Assembly (NCBI GenBank): GCA_951406725.2
Contig: OX597822.1
Coordinates: 62,000,001 to 62,064,000, forward strand
Reading direction: 5' to 3'
DNA from: Octopus vulgaris
Taxonomy: Eukaryota
DNA: 64,000 nt
The notes below the pieces were generated by a model that made no database searches, was not told where the DNA came from, and was given only the letters and a program-made list of their open reading frames with translations. This document shows, piece by piece, positions 13,232 to 27,316 of the stretch (its first letter is position 1; the number at the start of each line of letters is the position of its first letter). Made by a program: the position numbers and the translations under genes.

Positions 13232-16200
13232 AAATTCTTTTATTGGCCACAAGGGCTGACAAAAATCAATTATCACATAAAGGGACAAAACAGGACGAAA
13301 GGTTACAGAGGGTTTTGTCCGTTTGTAAAATCGAGTAAAAAACAGTTTAACACCGAAAGATTATAACAATGAAAATCTCCCAAAAGGGGGAGGCGTTACG
13401 AAAGGTTCCTGGTGGAAAAAACCACAAAAGCCAACGGGAGTCTGGTCAAAAGCGGGGTAGAGAGCCCCTTTCTCCTCTTGTAATACCTTTTTAAATTATA
13501 GGTGTATTCTCAGAATGGCTCCTTTCATACTTGCCATTCTTGCGACATTTATCCACCTTTCACTAAATTTGCAATCGGACAGCACTTCCCTCTCTACTCT
13601 CATCTTCCTTTTCAAGTGAAACTTGAAAAAGTTGATGAGGCCTGGGCCAAAGAGGAAATTGTCTGACCTTAGCCCTTTCAAACGGGTCCACCATACCACC
13701 TCTTTCGCTACAGCCACTAGGCAAAAGAAAACTGCCTTGCCCGCCCGGTTAAAGGAGGTCGGCGGGGCAATCTTCACTGTGGATTCAGCTGATAGCAGGA
13801 TCCGTCCTATACGCGACAGTAGCTGTTCGACATAAACCCATAGTTCAGCAATACTCGGACACTGGACGAGTGCGTGCAGAACGGTTTCGTCGTCCTGGCA
13901 GGTCCGGTTGACGGCACTTCCGTGCTGGTAGAGTTTAACTCGAACAGGAAGCGCTCCTCGGTAGCACTGCCAGGCGAGGGACCTCTGGAAATTGCCCATT
14001 GGCCCCAGCCCGAAAGTCCTCCCGAACAGACTGCTCAGCTCGTTATCGTCAACGCCTAGAGTTTCCCCGAGAACGTCGTCGCATTTTTCTTCCACTGACC
14101 CTCTATAGAACGCTAGAGTGGAACTACTTCCGATCGCATTGCCCGCCTGGCGGAGGGCGCCAAGCGCCCTTTCTCGGTCTGCGTTTGATCCAGGTCTGCA
14201 GCTCTGTCAAAGAGACGAGCTGCGGAAAGTCGCGTCTGACAAAAGACGACTACACCTGTTCACCGTCTAGAAAACGCTTGAGATGCCGTAACCTGAGCGC
14301 ATGTCTGCGCATCAGTAACCACGGCATGCCAAGGCCTCCGTTCAGCGGTCGTTGACAGCAGATGGATCGCCTGACCAGTGGTACCTGACCCTTCCACAAA
14401 AAGTCGAAGATCAAGCACACCAGCTTGACCAACCAGCGGTCGGGACAAGGGACGACGGTCAAGCGGTAATAGATGACGGATGCGATGTACGCATTCGCCA
14501 CCTCCGCTCGACCTTTCAGGGACAGCTTCCTCTCGGCCCATTTCTGGGTGAGATTGGCCCCCTGCTCGTCACTTCCACCCAGTTTTTTTCCACATGGAGG
14601 TCTGGGCCGAACCAGACTCCGAGCAGTTTAACGGGTCCGTCTGTCCAGCGCCCTACGACGCTGTTGGACGGCATGGACTTGCCTCTCCAGGTGCCTAGTT
14701 GCAAGCCCACGGACTTTTCCGCGTTAATTTTTGCCCCTGTCACCGCTTCGTATTCGTTTAGCGTCTCGTCGATCAGATCAATGTGCCTGTGGCTCGACAC
14801 TATCACGGTGACGTCGTCGGCATAGGCAGACACGCTGTTTCCACCTCCTAGATCGCGCGGGATACCCCTCAAAGCCTCCAACTTGCGCAGTAATGGCTCG
14901 AGAGTTAATACGTACAAGAGGGAGGAGAGAGGGCATCCTTGACGGACCGAACGCGAGATGTCAAACGTCTCTGAAAGGTGACCGTTCACCCGTATTACCG
15001 AGCAGATGTTGCTGTATAAAGCAGCGATCCACCCGCGGAAGACTGGACCGAAGCCGGCTGCCTTGAGAACAGCCGCTAGGTATGGATGGTCGACCCTATC
15101 GAAGGCTTTACTCTGATCTAAATTGATCAAAGCCCCACCCGCGCCAGCGTCGTTACTCACCCTCTCTATGGTGTAGCGCATGAGATGGAGATTATCGTGT
15201 ATCGACCTGGTCAGCACGGCGCATGTCTGCGCCTTTCCAATCAGCTCGTCCACGACAAGCGCCAATCTCTTGGCTAACACCTTGGCCAAAGTATCTTCAA
15301 CTCTGCATTGAGCAGAGTGATGGGCCGAAAGTTCCCTATAATGTTCCCCTTGTTTGAGTCCTTTCTCAACAAAGCCACCACTCCTCGACAAACAAAAGCA
15401 GGAATTCTCCCGTTTTGCTGCCAGTTGCAGTAGACGGTTGCCAAGAGGCCCGCAAACAAGTCTGGCATTGAAGTGTAAAGCTCGTAGGGCTGACCATCCA
15501 AATCCGGCGATCTACCTCTCGTACAGCTTTTCATCGCTTCCTCCACTTCCCAGGCAGATATCGGCCTTCCGCAGCACTCTGCCTCGCTGTCCGAGAGTTG
15601 CGGTAGGCCGTCCAGGTACACACCGAAGTCTGCACCGTTGTCCGTCCCACCGTTCGTCCCAAACAGTTGAGCAAAGTGCCGCTGAAACACCGCACACATC
15701 TGCTTCGGCTCAGAAACCTCGCGCCTGTTCTGGTCCACCAAAGACCGAATGGTCGCTTTGTTGCCCCACTTCGCCTCCGCCACGCGGGCCCATAGAGCGG
15801 CCTTAGTCCCCTCGCCGCTTAGCGAACGCGCCTTAGCTCTGACAACGTAGCCTTCGTGTTTGGCTTCAAAGTGTTGGTCGAGGGCCAACCTAGCCGCCAA
15901 CACGTCGGTTGCGATGCCTGTCTCAAGAGCCTCGTCTAGTTTTCTAACTAAATCCCGCTCCATTTTCCTACGTTCTACAGCTAGAGCCTTACTAAACCTA
16001 ATCGACTCTGCTCTAATTGCTCTCTTGAGGGCAAACCACCAGTTGTTGTTGATGATTGCCCCCGTGAGCGCCCGTGTAACTAATAAACTAATCCGGTCTC
16101 TGTAGGCTTTGCACACCATTAACGACGCGTTCAGCTTCCAGTAGCCGGGTCCCTGTCTATGTAGCCTATCTAATTCGACCGTACAGATCACGAATTTGTG

Positions 16201-18038
16201 GTCTGTGTAGTCGACTAGGTGGAAGTGTGGACACCCTATGCTGTCCTTATCCGCTGGCCTACAGAACACTCTATCTAAGTACGATCTAGACGACCCGATG
16301 CGATTAGTCCAAGTCCACATTGGCACATTCGGGTTGTCTAGTCGAAACCTGTCGAACAGCTGAAAGCGCCTGAGCAGGTTGGCGAGGCTTTTGCACCCCA
16401 CTCTCCTATCAGAAGCTCCCGTGCCCACCCGACCGAAACGTTCGTCTAAGACAGTGTTCCAATCCTCAACTAGCTCTAGAGTGTGTGACGTTCCTAGGAA
16501 AACTTCCAGACGCTTGAAATAATCGGACTGCCCTGCTCCTGTCGGAGCGTAGGCAGCCAGCAGTCTGAAAGCACCGCTATCACTACCGTCTACGTCGAGG
16601 ACCACCAACTTACCTTCAGGATCAAGGAAAACTGTCCTTATTTTCAAATCCAGACCCTTCCGAGACAACACCGCAGTACCACCACCGCCCGCTCCCGGCC
16701 GACACAGAGATAGAAAAATCTCGTATCCGCCGAAAAGGGCCGCGAGTTCCTGCGGGTCGGAGAGCCTGGTTTCACTAATGGCTGCTACATCCACGCTGTG
16801 AGACCTCAGGTCGTTTTAACAGGTGGCCTTGTTTCCAAGGTGACCCGAGGCCTCTCACATTTAAGCAACCTATTCTGAGTTTAGCCATGTTTTTCTTAAA
16901 GGTTTAAAAGGAGAAAAAGGCTCTACTTACTGTTGTTTGGTGGGGTGGCTCCCTTGTGCTTTTGCACGGGTGTTTCCACCAAGTTTTTATATAATTTTTG
17001 GGAGAAATTTCTCCCTAGCGACCCGAACATCCTTAGGGAATTTCTCTTTGATTTCACTGTATATCATTTTGTTGATTTTTATTGTCAGAATGTGTGCTGG
17101 TGGTGTATTGTGTGTTGGTATGATAAAGTCTGATACTTAGTGTCTGTGTTATCTTTTATGTATGCTATAAGTCGTTCGTTTTTTTGGGGGGTTTATTGCT
17201 GTAACGGTGTCTGTGTGTGTTGGTGTGTGTGGCAGTGATGGTGGCGAAAGTGTTGTTGTTTGTTGTTGTTGTGAGTGCATGTTATTGTTGTTGATTTGAG
17301 GAAGCTCTATTTGTTCGTGCTTCCCCTGTGTTTTGTGTGTGTCTTTTTGCTTTTCCCTTCTTTTCTTTTTGTGTGACACAGTTTGCCACTCCCCTTTCTC
17401 GCTATCAGTGCCCGCACAATCCGAGCTTACCTGATCCGGAAAGGGGACATTTGTCGGGTCAACAGTTTGTCGAAAACAGTTTGTGGGAAACGGTGATGTT
17501 GCTGTAGTAGTTGGTGTCGGTGATGGTGTTGGTGTCTCCTTCTGCGTCGTCTTCTTTGGTGTTGGTGTTGGTGTTGGTTTGGTGATGGCTGGGGGTGGTG
17601 TTGCTCTTCGTGGTGTTGGTGATGGTGTTGGTGGTGTGGCAACCTTTTGTGTTTCATGCAGTTGTTGTTTCTGTTGTTGTTGTGGTTGTTGTTGTTATTG
17701 TTGCTGTTGCTGCTGCTGTCTCTTACCTTCTGCCTCCATTCTTTTCTTGTAAATGGGGCAGTCCCTCTTTAGATGGCTTTCGCAGCTCTACAGTAACGTG
17801 TAATCTTGTGCCGTCCGGCAAATTTACAGAATCTGGGATCGTATTTAAATTGTCTTGCTGTATCTGTACAAGGAGCAGCACTCCCATTCCTGACCAGTTT
17901 TTCTCCTTGACTCTCCGTACATCCAGAATAGAGACAGTGTCCTCTATATCATAGAAGACAGCTGCCAGCAGCCAAGATATATCCAGCTCGGGCGGCACCT
18001 GGTCGAATTTGATTTTCGTTACTCGCCGACCAAGGTAT
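13232..18038 (-). mobile_element. L1/Tx1-clade LINE, 5'-truncated within ORF1
   Basis: ORF1 remnant (YLGRRVTKIKFDQVPPELDISWLL.. followed by a low-complexity tract), ORF2, and a 3' UTR ending in a GCC-CTTGT-GGC hairpin plus AATAAA. Confidence 0.92.
13496..16888 (-). pseudogene. Tx1 ORF2 (APE endonuclease + reverse transcriptase + C-terminal Zn motif), frameshifted
   Basis: MAKLRIGCLNVRGL start at 16888; SETRL, YAP, SRSYLDRV, TDH, GYWKLN, FRPITLLN, DQSKAFDRV, RQGCPLS, YADD and ETVLHALVQC motifs. Confidence 0.93.
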
Positions 18039-18406
<368 letters not shown>

Positions 18407-18464
18407 TATAATAACATCGAAATATACCTTAGAAATGAGAACCCAGGTTCGAAATTTCCTCCAA

Positions 18465-18510
18465 GACACCTGATGAAGGCTGGAAGGTATATCAGCCGAA
18501 ACGTTGTGTT
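18465..18510 (+). ncRNA. Minimal type I hammerhead ribozyme
   Basis: GACAC-CTGATGA-A-GGCTG(loop)CAGCC-GAAACGTT-GTGTT; canonical core, palindromic stem III AACGTT, GUU cleavage triplet. Confidence 0.8.
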
Positions 18511-19901
18511 AACAAGAAACAAGATGAGAACAAATATCCGTCAAATGTAAACAATGTAAATAATGAACATAAGTACCAGTTGAACACTAGAGTCGGTGTT
18601 GTCGACGAGACACCCCTCCCCAAAATTTAAAGTCTTGTGTTCAAAAGTAGAAATGAATATTATAGGAAGAGGGGGTGGTGGTGGAGGAGAAGGAGGAAAA
18701 GAATAACAAGAACAGGGTGAAAGAGGCGATGAAGAGGAGGAGGTTGACGAGTTCGATGAGAAGAAAAAGAGAGGAGGAGAAGAGGAGGAGAGGGGAGGAG
18801 GCAAATTGAGTAAGAAGAAAATAAAAGGAAGAGAAAGAGGGGGAAGGGGGAAAAGAGGAGAGGGAAAGTTGTAGAAGAAGAAGAAGAAGAAGAAGAAGAA
18901 GAAGAAGAAGAAGAAGAAGAAGAAGAAGAAGAATGTGCCTTTAGAGCTGTGGGGAAAAGAAAGCCTGGCTGATGCGTGGAAAGATGTGATTTCCATCAAC
19001 TGAAGCAAGGCAAATGTGAGTGCATGTCTTACTCATCAAGGCTGAGGCGTTGCCACCTACTGAGTTGATGCCCCACGAAGTTGCGCAAAAGTTGATTCTG
19101 CAAAATTTTATGCGGCAGATTACGTCCAGAGTCATTGGCTCGTCGTCACCTATGCGGTACGATGTGAGAAGTGTTGAGTGCAAGCCTCACTAGAAACAGC
19201 TTGTGGTTGACATATCTGTATAGACACAAAGGTCGAGATGAGTTCCGAAGAGTACAAATCTTTGTGCAGTGTCCTTCACTGAGGGTGCAAATATTAGTCA
19301 TTAATCGTGTGGTGTAAATCAGAAAGCTCGGTTATTGTACGTGTAGCTCTCATGAGGACTCATTTTTACAATCCATTGTGCTCTCATTCAGGTGTTGTTT
19401 GTCTTCAGTTCAACCTAAATTGAGTAGATAATAACTATTTAATCCACGACCCACTCGTCTTTGTTTCAGGAAGTTTGGTCTCCGTAACTTAGCGGTTCGG
19501 CAATAAGACTGATATAATAAGTACCAGACCTAAAAAAACAAAAGAACTGGTGTCGATTTGTTTGATCACTGTCGATAACTTGAAGCCAGTGAATGATAAA
19601 AGATATAACAGCTTCGTCCCCTTAAGACGGGGCTGTGAACCAAACAGGGGGCTGACTTCATGTCCACGCAATACAATCTCAGAAGGTAACAGACTGCTGT
19701 GGATATTCCTAAATGAAAAAAAAGGTGGAGGATGGAGAAATTATTATCAATACCTTTAGTTTCGTTTCTATGTGGCCGTTCGACCTATTAGATATAGCAG
19801 TCGGACTCTACTGTTTTGGGAAATCAAAGGACATGCTGAAAAATGTAAAAATGTAAAGTGAAAAATGCAAATGTAGTCAAGGATTAAAACGTAAAAACGT
19901 C

Positions 19902-20090
19902 GTCCTTTTCAAGCCTAGCCAGGATCATGGGCCCGGTTTCCCGGTTTCTGTGACGTATATGTTCCCCCCAGATGGACGTTACTCAAGAAACGGGAAGAGA
20001 GAGTGAGAGAAAGTTGTGGCGAAAGAGTACAACAGAGGTCACCACCACCCCCTGCCGGAGCTTCGTGGAGCTTTTAGGCGTATTCGATTA
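19902..20090 (-). mobile_element. SINE family C, 3' part
   Basis: Aligns by eye with 21152-21471. Confidence 0.7.
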
Positions 20091-20351
20091 CCCGTGGTTA
20101 AACAACAACAACAACAACAAAATCAATACATTGACAAAATTAACAGTAAGTTAAGATAACTAGTGCAGCTGTAAATTTGCATAGTAATCAATCTGAAATT
20201 TAGAACATTAAGTACCATAATGATAATTTTATTTTTAATAAGATTGAGCTGACTAAGCTGAATTATTGGATTTGGTAATATTTTTTTTTTTACGCATTAT
20301 AACTTTATTACTTTCATCAATCAAAAGAAAATATTTAGCAAAAACATACAC

Positions 20352-20741
20352 GTGTGTGCTTGTGTGCATGCGTGTGTGTGTGCGTGTGTGTGTGTGTGTG
20401 TGTGCATGTGTGTGTGTATGTGTGTGTGCGTGCGTGTGTGTGTGTGCATGTATGTGTGTGTGCGGCTGTGTACGTGTGTGCATGTGTGTGTGCGCGTGTG
20501 TGTATGCATGTGTGTGTGTGTGTGTGTGTGCATGTGTGTGTGTGCGTGCATGTGTGTGTGTGTGTGCATGTGTGTGTGTATGTGTGTGTGCGTGCGTGCG
20601 CGCGTGTGTGCATGCGTGCGTGTGTGTGTGTGCATGTATGTGTGCGTGCGGCTGTGTGCGTGTGTGTGTGCATGTATGTGTGCGTGCGGCTGTGTGTGTG
20701 TGCGTGCGTATGTATGTGTGTGCGTGTGTATGTATGTGTGT
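20352..20741. repeat. Complex alternating purine-pyrimidine microsatellite (TG/TGCG/TGCA)
   Basis: Visible directly. Confidence 0.9.
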
Positions 20742-21151
20742 AATAGAACGGTACAGAGATAAATCTTGCTAATCGTAATACATTTTTTTTCTCATTTATT
20801 GCATAAATTTTCTGAAATAACTTTAAACAAAATTAAGCTACTCCTGTTGGCTGAATAGTTTTCAATTTTAATTACGAGCAGTCCCTCCCTCCCTCCTCTT
20901 TTTATTTCTTCTGGAAAAAATTGAATCAGTAATTATTTTCTGATCATTTCCACTGATTCTTCTCTTCACCTCCCCCCCACTTTCTATCTATTGAAAAGTC
21001 ATAACGTTTTCTACAACCAGAAAACGTATGTAGTCACTCGATCTTCCAGAAATAGCAGCTAAATCTTCTTAAATCATATCCACACTGTCTTCAATCAGGA
21101 AAGATACATTGAATGATGTCTTTCTGGATATTTTTTATTTATTATTTATTC

Positions 21152-21471
21152 GCCCTTTTCAAGCCTAGCCAGGCTCATGGGCCCGGTTTCCCGGTTTCTA
21201 TGGCGTATGTGTCCCCCACTCCCACCCCAGCTGGACGGGACACCAGTCCATCGCAGCGTTACTCAAGAAACAGGAAGAAAGAGTGAGAGAAAGTTGGGAC
21301 GAAAGAGTACAACAAGGGTCGCCATCCCCACCCCACCCCCTGCCGGAGGTTTAGATGCTTTCGCTCAATAAACACACTCAATAAACACACACAACGCCCG
21401 ATCTGGGAATCGAAACCGCGATCCTCCAACCGCGAGTCTGCTGCCCTAACCACTGGGCCATTGCGTCTCCA
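21152..21471 (-). mobile_element. tRNA-derived SINE family C
   Basis: Minus-strand head TGGCCCAGTGGTTAGGGCAGCAGACTCGCGG..GTTTCGATTCC (A and B boxes); homologous to 33504. Confidence 0.85.
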
Positions 21472-21796
21472 CACTTTCTGGATATACAATGTCTAAAGAA
21501 TCGACAGTATGGTCTTGGCTGGTCATCTTTGATCATAAGTTTAGTCTATCAAGGGTTAATTGGGACTAAACAGTAACATGACTTTTCATATATCTACAAA
21601 GTAACTCACTACGAGATCTTTGTTTTATTTTTGGAGTCTGGCATAACAACCCATTTCTTGTGTGTGTGTGTTTGGCTGTTGATTAGCTTTTAGTAAAGTA
21701 TATCTATGGCCTAATGTGTTTCATTCGATTCTTCTTTATTTTTATTTTTGTTTATTTATTTTTTAGACTGTGTCACGAACTAAATTATGTCGAGTA

Positions 21797-22196
21797 TTTA
21801 CTCTTTTACTGGTTTCAGTCATTTGACTGTGGCCATGCTGGAGTACCGCCTTTAGTCAAGCAAATCGACCCCAGGACTTCTTTGTAAGCCTAGTACTTAT
21901 TCTATCGGTCTCTCTTGCCGAACCGCTAAGTTACGGGGACGTAAACACACCAGCATCGGTTGTCAAGCGATGTTGGGGAGACACAAGTACAGACACACAA
22001 GCACAGACATACAGACATATACACACACATACATATATACGACGGGCTTCTTTCAGTTTCCGTCTATCAAATCCATTCACAAGGCTTTAGTCGGCCCGAG
22101 GCTATAGTAGAAGATACTTGCCCAAGGTGCAACGCAGTGGGACTGAACCCAGAACTATGGAGTTCGTAAGCAAACTACTTACCACACAGCCACTCG
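21797..22196 (-). mobile_element. SINE family A, near full length
   Basis: Reverse complement of 22650-23072. Confidence 0.9.
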
Positions 22197-22649
22197 TATT
22201 TTTTTTTTTAACGACAGCGTTGGGTTTTTAGGAAGAATTATCTCTTAAATCTTGCAGCTTAACGTAATGATTTTAGAGTTTGTCGGTGCTGCCATTGCTG
22301 CTATATTGTATAGTTCCACATCAATAACGATCAATCAGGTCCGTGATCAAAACATGTCTGCTCTGCCCATCTTGAGCTTTATTTTTTCAGTATCTATTGC
22401 TACATTATCCAATTTTGTTCTTCGTCTTCTTCAGACGGCAGAGGCGATTTGGTTGTTATTTATAGCAAATGGAGGAGTTCATTCGTCGCTTGCTCAGATT
22501 ATGATTGTGGATATTCGTGGCGAAATTGGTCTCAGTTATAACGTTGTTTTCGCTATCGTTTAACATCTTGTCAGCCCTAACTGAGGACCTGTGACCAAAG
22601 GTATACCAGCTATGAACATTTCATCTTTTCTTTTTTTCTTCAGTATATA

Positions 22650-22817
22650 GGCGCAGGTATGGCTGTGTAGTAAGTAGCTTGCTTACCAACCACATGGTTC
22701 CGGGTTCAGTCCCACTGCGTGGCACCTTGGGCAAGTGTCTTCTGCTATAGCCTAGGGCCGACCAAAGCCTTGTGAGTGGATTTGGTAGACGGAAACTGAA
22801 AGAAGCCCTCGTATATA

Positions 22818-22867
<50 letters not shown>

Positions 22868-23072
22868 TGTGTCTGTGTTTGTCCCCCCAACATCGCTTGA
22901 CAACCGATGCTGGTGTGTTTACGTCCCCGTAACTTAGCGGTTCGGCAAAAGAGACCGATAGAATAAGTACTAGGCTTACAAAGAATAAGTCCTGGGCTCG
23001 ATTTCCTCGACTAAAGGTGGTACTCCAGCATGGCCGCAGTCAAATGACTGAAACAAGTAAAAGAGTAAAGAG
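22650..23072 (+). mobile_element. SINE family A, full length
   Basis: GGCGCAGG..TGGCTGTGTAG A-box, GGTTCAGTCCC B-box, CCTTGGGCAAGT, central (TG)n, tail AGTAAAAGAGTAAAG. Confidence 0.92.
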
Positions 23073-23099
23073 CAAAGAGAGATATCCATCGAAGGTGAT

Positions 23100-23629
23100 A
23101 TCACGTAATCATGCCTTCCTTGTAAACAATATTGGCTTACTCGTCGAGCATTCTGGTAATCCTTCATCTGTACTGCTACTGTATATTCCCAACTTATGGA
23201 ATTATTGCCTCTAACTTGTCTAGGTTTCAGAATCACACAGGAGAGCGAGTACAATACATGTTTCACATACCATGTTTCGTTGTTTGCCTCAGAGCAGGAT
23301 TTTCCTTTGCCCCTCTTCTGAGACAACCAAAGATTACGCTGGCAAATTTTATTCCTTGTTGGATCCCCTCATCAAAATCTGCATACTGCAACAAGTGACT
23401 ATCCAAATATTGGAAATACTCTGCCTTTTTCACCATCTGTCTATATATCTGATTAGGTATCAATGATTCTTAGATGTTTATCAATGAAAGAAATATTATT
23501 TTTATTTATGTTGGGAGTTAGAACTCTGCTATCATACGCATCATGGGAAATGTCGGTAATTATCTAACGGTCTTGTGTATTGAAATTCAATTTCTGATGT
23601 CGCTTCGGTCTCTTTCCTATAATACATAG
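23100..23629 (-). pseudogene. Possible heavily decayed AIG1/GIMAP GTPase
   Basis: LCIIGK ..48 aa.. IIDT in one frame, then PNIWIVT and DFDEGIQQGIKFASVIFG in shifted frames; many stops. Confidence 0.3.
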
Positions 23630-25639
23630 TCAGTCGATGCAATTTCATCGCAACATAATTACTCACGGGTCTTATACATCGTCAGTTAAATTCATCTTCA
23701 TGATTTTTATCTGCAGTGTAAATACATCGCTAAATATAATTTAAACTTTTTATCCATAAAGAAGCACATCAACAAATAATATTTAAAGATTTTATTCGCA
23801 GAGCAAAGATGTGGTAGGCATTTCATTAAGAATGAAAATAAAAAGCAAAGACGAAAAGAAAACTTTATATCAAATTTATTCAAGATACAACATGAAAAAA
23901 CAAAGTTAATTTTAAAAGCTGAATCACAAAAAAAAGTATCAAAAAAGATAACATTATTTTAAATTGAAAGAACGGAGTGATGAAAGAAGAAAAGAAGAAC
24001 AAAAATAGCTTCTAAAAAGACAAATCATAAGTAATTCTCTTGAGTAATGCGGTCTTTACGAGTTTGATACTCATTGACAATCTATCGAATTCTTGTGACA
24101 CTAGCTTTATATTTGTTTTTGAGACATAATGACCACTAATTACTTCTTTCTTGATTATTGCCTTTTGAAGATTTCTAAAAGTTTTCAAATCGCAGAATGA
24201 AATATTTTGCCTTTGAATGTATTTTGCACTATTAATATTATCTAACGAAGTATTTATTCTGCGGAGATGGTTGCTCCGTGTCCACACTGGTGCACTGGAA
24301 TAGTCTAGTCAGTACATGTTAGAGAGAACTGTCAAGAAGTTTTATAAGATTTTTATACTTCCCTTTCTTATTGGCATAACCGCACAATCCTCGCATGCAT
24401 TTGATCTAGTATTCCAGTCTCCATACTAACTTTAAATAGCAATACATTCCCAGAATAAATATAGGTGCCCAAAGAAAATTCATCCTCCTTAGTGTTCATG
24501 CACAGCACCACTTAGTCCATGGAGATCGTTCGCATCTTGAGCTCCAAGTCTTACTGAAACAGTACAGCTACTGTACGAAGTTCAGATAATCGACCCTGAT
24601 CAGGTGGCGGGATGCGATATCCAGCTGTAATAGCAGAACCCGCAGTTGTCACTGCTGCTGCTACTGTTGCTACTAGTGTCGTTTTGTTTCTTAGTATTAA
24701 TCACTTTGACTGAAATGCATTTCGCACCAATGTGATACCACCATTTTAGATATGTCCTCTAATTTGGAAAGGGGAATTGATTTAGGTGGTTGGAGGCGAG
24801 TCCTGGGATAAAGGCTGCATAAATGCATGCCTTTTTTGTATTGGAACGTGCAATATTGGAAACAGTATTATCTAGAAAAGTGTGATTTACATTACGTACA
24901 TTAATAATTTGAAGATTGTATATATTCAAAGCGATTCCAGTTACTTTCCAACTAGAATTAGAAACTTAATAGCCAGTATCACTAGAAGATTCTCCAATTT
25001 ATTTTCAGATACAAATATCTTGGACAGAGTTACACTTCATTTCAGGGAGGCATAACGTGGTGGGGTTTAAGTGAAAATACAGAGAAACTCTGTTTTAGCC
25101 CAAATTACATAAAATTTCCAAAGCCCACATTTATACCACAAGCTTTTTAATGTGGGTTAGTTTCTCTTGCTTAGATAACATCGATCCTAACAGAAAAATG
25201 CATATATCTAATACAGCTTTTATTGTAGGTACCTACGGAATTAAACCACATATCTATTGAAAAGATTCCGCTTTTCCTTGATAAGATAACTGTTAGATAA
25301 CTCATTCCACCTGATAGTATCTCGGAAAACTATACATAACTCTCACCCTCTAATCTAAAGTGAAGGTTCGCTCCATATATACAAACTTTTATGGCCCAGT
25401 GACAAAGAAAACTCCACCAGACTGTCCTGTTATCTGGAAGTCTCAGGATCTAGATGCAACTTATTCTCGCAGGAGGTCGTCACTTCAATCTTTGTCTTTA
25501 TGAAAATTTGTTCAAATTACAACAGTTCATTGTACTTCTCAACAAAAAAACTCCCCTAATATCTTCGACATCACCTTGGGAGCCCCGAAGCTCCATCACC
25601 ATTGAAGCACAGATAACTGACATAGTAGGTATTTATTTA

Positions 25640-27316
25640 TAATCATATTTACAGGAAGAATTCCCAGAAATCAGGGGTGGGCTATAAAGGTATGATGCAC
25701 TATTTTTTACTAAAAAAACGTCTCAAATAGATTAGAATTAAGAAGCAATTATGTTTTTTAACGATTTGACCTAACTATTACTATAGAAAAGGAACATAAT
25801 TCTATAAACTACTTAGTTGCTAACTGCAACCTAGCCACGAGACTACACAAACCCAACATAAAACCAAATACAAACCTTAAATATATAAACGCATCAAGTA
25901 ACCATCCGAACTTTATTAAAAGAGGACTTGTGCAAAGCATCAGTAAGAGAATTTCACACCTCTCTTCCAACCAAGATATCTTCAATAAGTATAAGGAATT
26001 CTACAATAGCGCGTTACAAGAAGCAGATTATAAGCAAAAAAATTAAATATCTAGACTTTAAACATTATAGAAATAACCGGAATAGCATTAATGCCCAAGA
26101 TAATTATCATAACAGTAACTATACTCCAAATGACACTAACAACCATAACAACAATATGAACAACATTAATAAGATTAACAGTAAAGGTAACAGAAAAAAG
26201 TAGGAATAACGATAAGTTTCAAACTAAGATAACATTAAAAATGATAACATAAGTAATACCAACAATGTGAAAATTAGTAATATTAAGAATACTAATATGT
26301 CTAATAGTAATGATTTAAACATTAATAAGATTAAAAATACCCAAAGAACCAATATAACCCCAGTTAAGAATGATAATACCAAGCTATATAAATTAAATAA
26401 ACCGTACAGAAATAACCCCAATAAAACTGATAGTAATAAGAATAAAAATAACTATAGAAAGAAATATAATAATCATAACCATAACTTTACACTCTACAAG
26501 TATGCTGAGAACAGTTTCTACACCAAAAATAATAATACTAAAAATAAACGAAATAGCGATAAGATCTGGTCAATAATCCCTTTCGCGATGCAGCTTAAAG
26601 CAAACATAGTACATTCCATAATGAGACTTGTAGATAAGCACATGAGCTTAAATAACAAATACTCTAAAATCTTTAAGAATAAAATTAGAGTAGGCCATAG
26701 CTTAACTAGTAACTTGGCTACTATCATAGCCTCAATCAACAATAATAAGCTAGAGGCCTTCTATGAAACTAGGAAAAATAATAACATAAAACATAGCAAC
26801 CAATCGACAGATATAATAAATGTCATCCCTAATATCTCGCCCTCAAATAGCACGGATAACCCCCTCAACACAACATACACGCAGATAAATATAATAATTT
26901 ATGTGGCTGCAGAGATAAAAACAAGTGTCAATTCTCCAATATTTGTAAAAATAAAAATGTAATATACCAATGCGATGTACTTGCAAATAACCATAAGAAA
27001 TCTTATATAGGAGCAACTAAAAACGAAATGATACTTAGATATAATTCCCACCAATCTAGTTTCAGAAATAGAAGTAAAGCGAACTCTACAGGACTTACTA
27101 GCTACATTTGGGAATTGAAAGATAAAAATATAAACTATAGTTTAGAATGGTGTATCCTAACCAAAAATTCCTTGTATAGCATTAACAATAACCGGTGTGA
27201 ACTCTGTATAAACGAAAAACTATTTAAATGGCCAAATTACCTCTATTTAATAGGAGACACAAAATAATATTTTTGTTTGCATAAAGGCTGATTCGTATTC
27301 TCAAAATATCGATAAA
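25640..27316 (+). mobile_element. Penelope-like element fragment (Naiad-type): RT thumb, Asn-rich inserts, GIY-YIG endonuclease
   Basis: YINASSNHP, SISKRISHLSS, CGCRDKNKC (CxCx5C), VIYQC..SYIGAT, RYNSH, LTSYIWELK and RCELCINEK motifs; stops and frameshifts. Confidence 0.85.

Noticed and set aside
22252-22563. 103-aa hydrophobic ORF
   Set aside because: TTG start, no motif, lies between SINEs, no splice support.
24170-24670. GC-richer stretch that looked exon-like
   Set aside because: Stops in the frames examined and no recognisable domain.
27289-27291. In-frame TGA as selenocysteine in the Naiad-type PLE
   Set aside because: Not at a conserved Cys position; the copy is otherwise decayed and no SECIS was identified.
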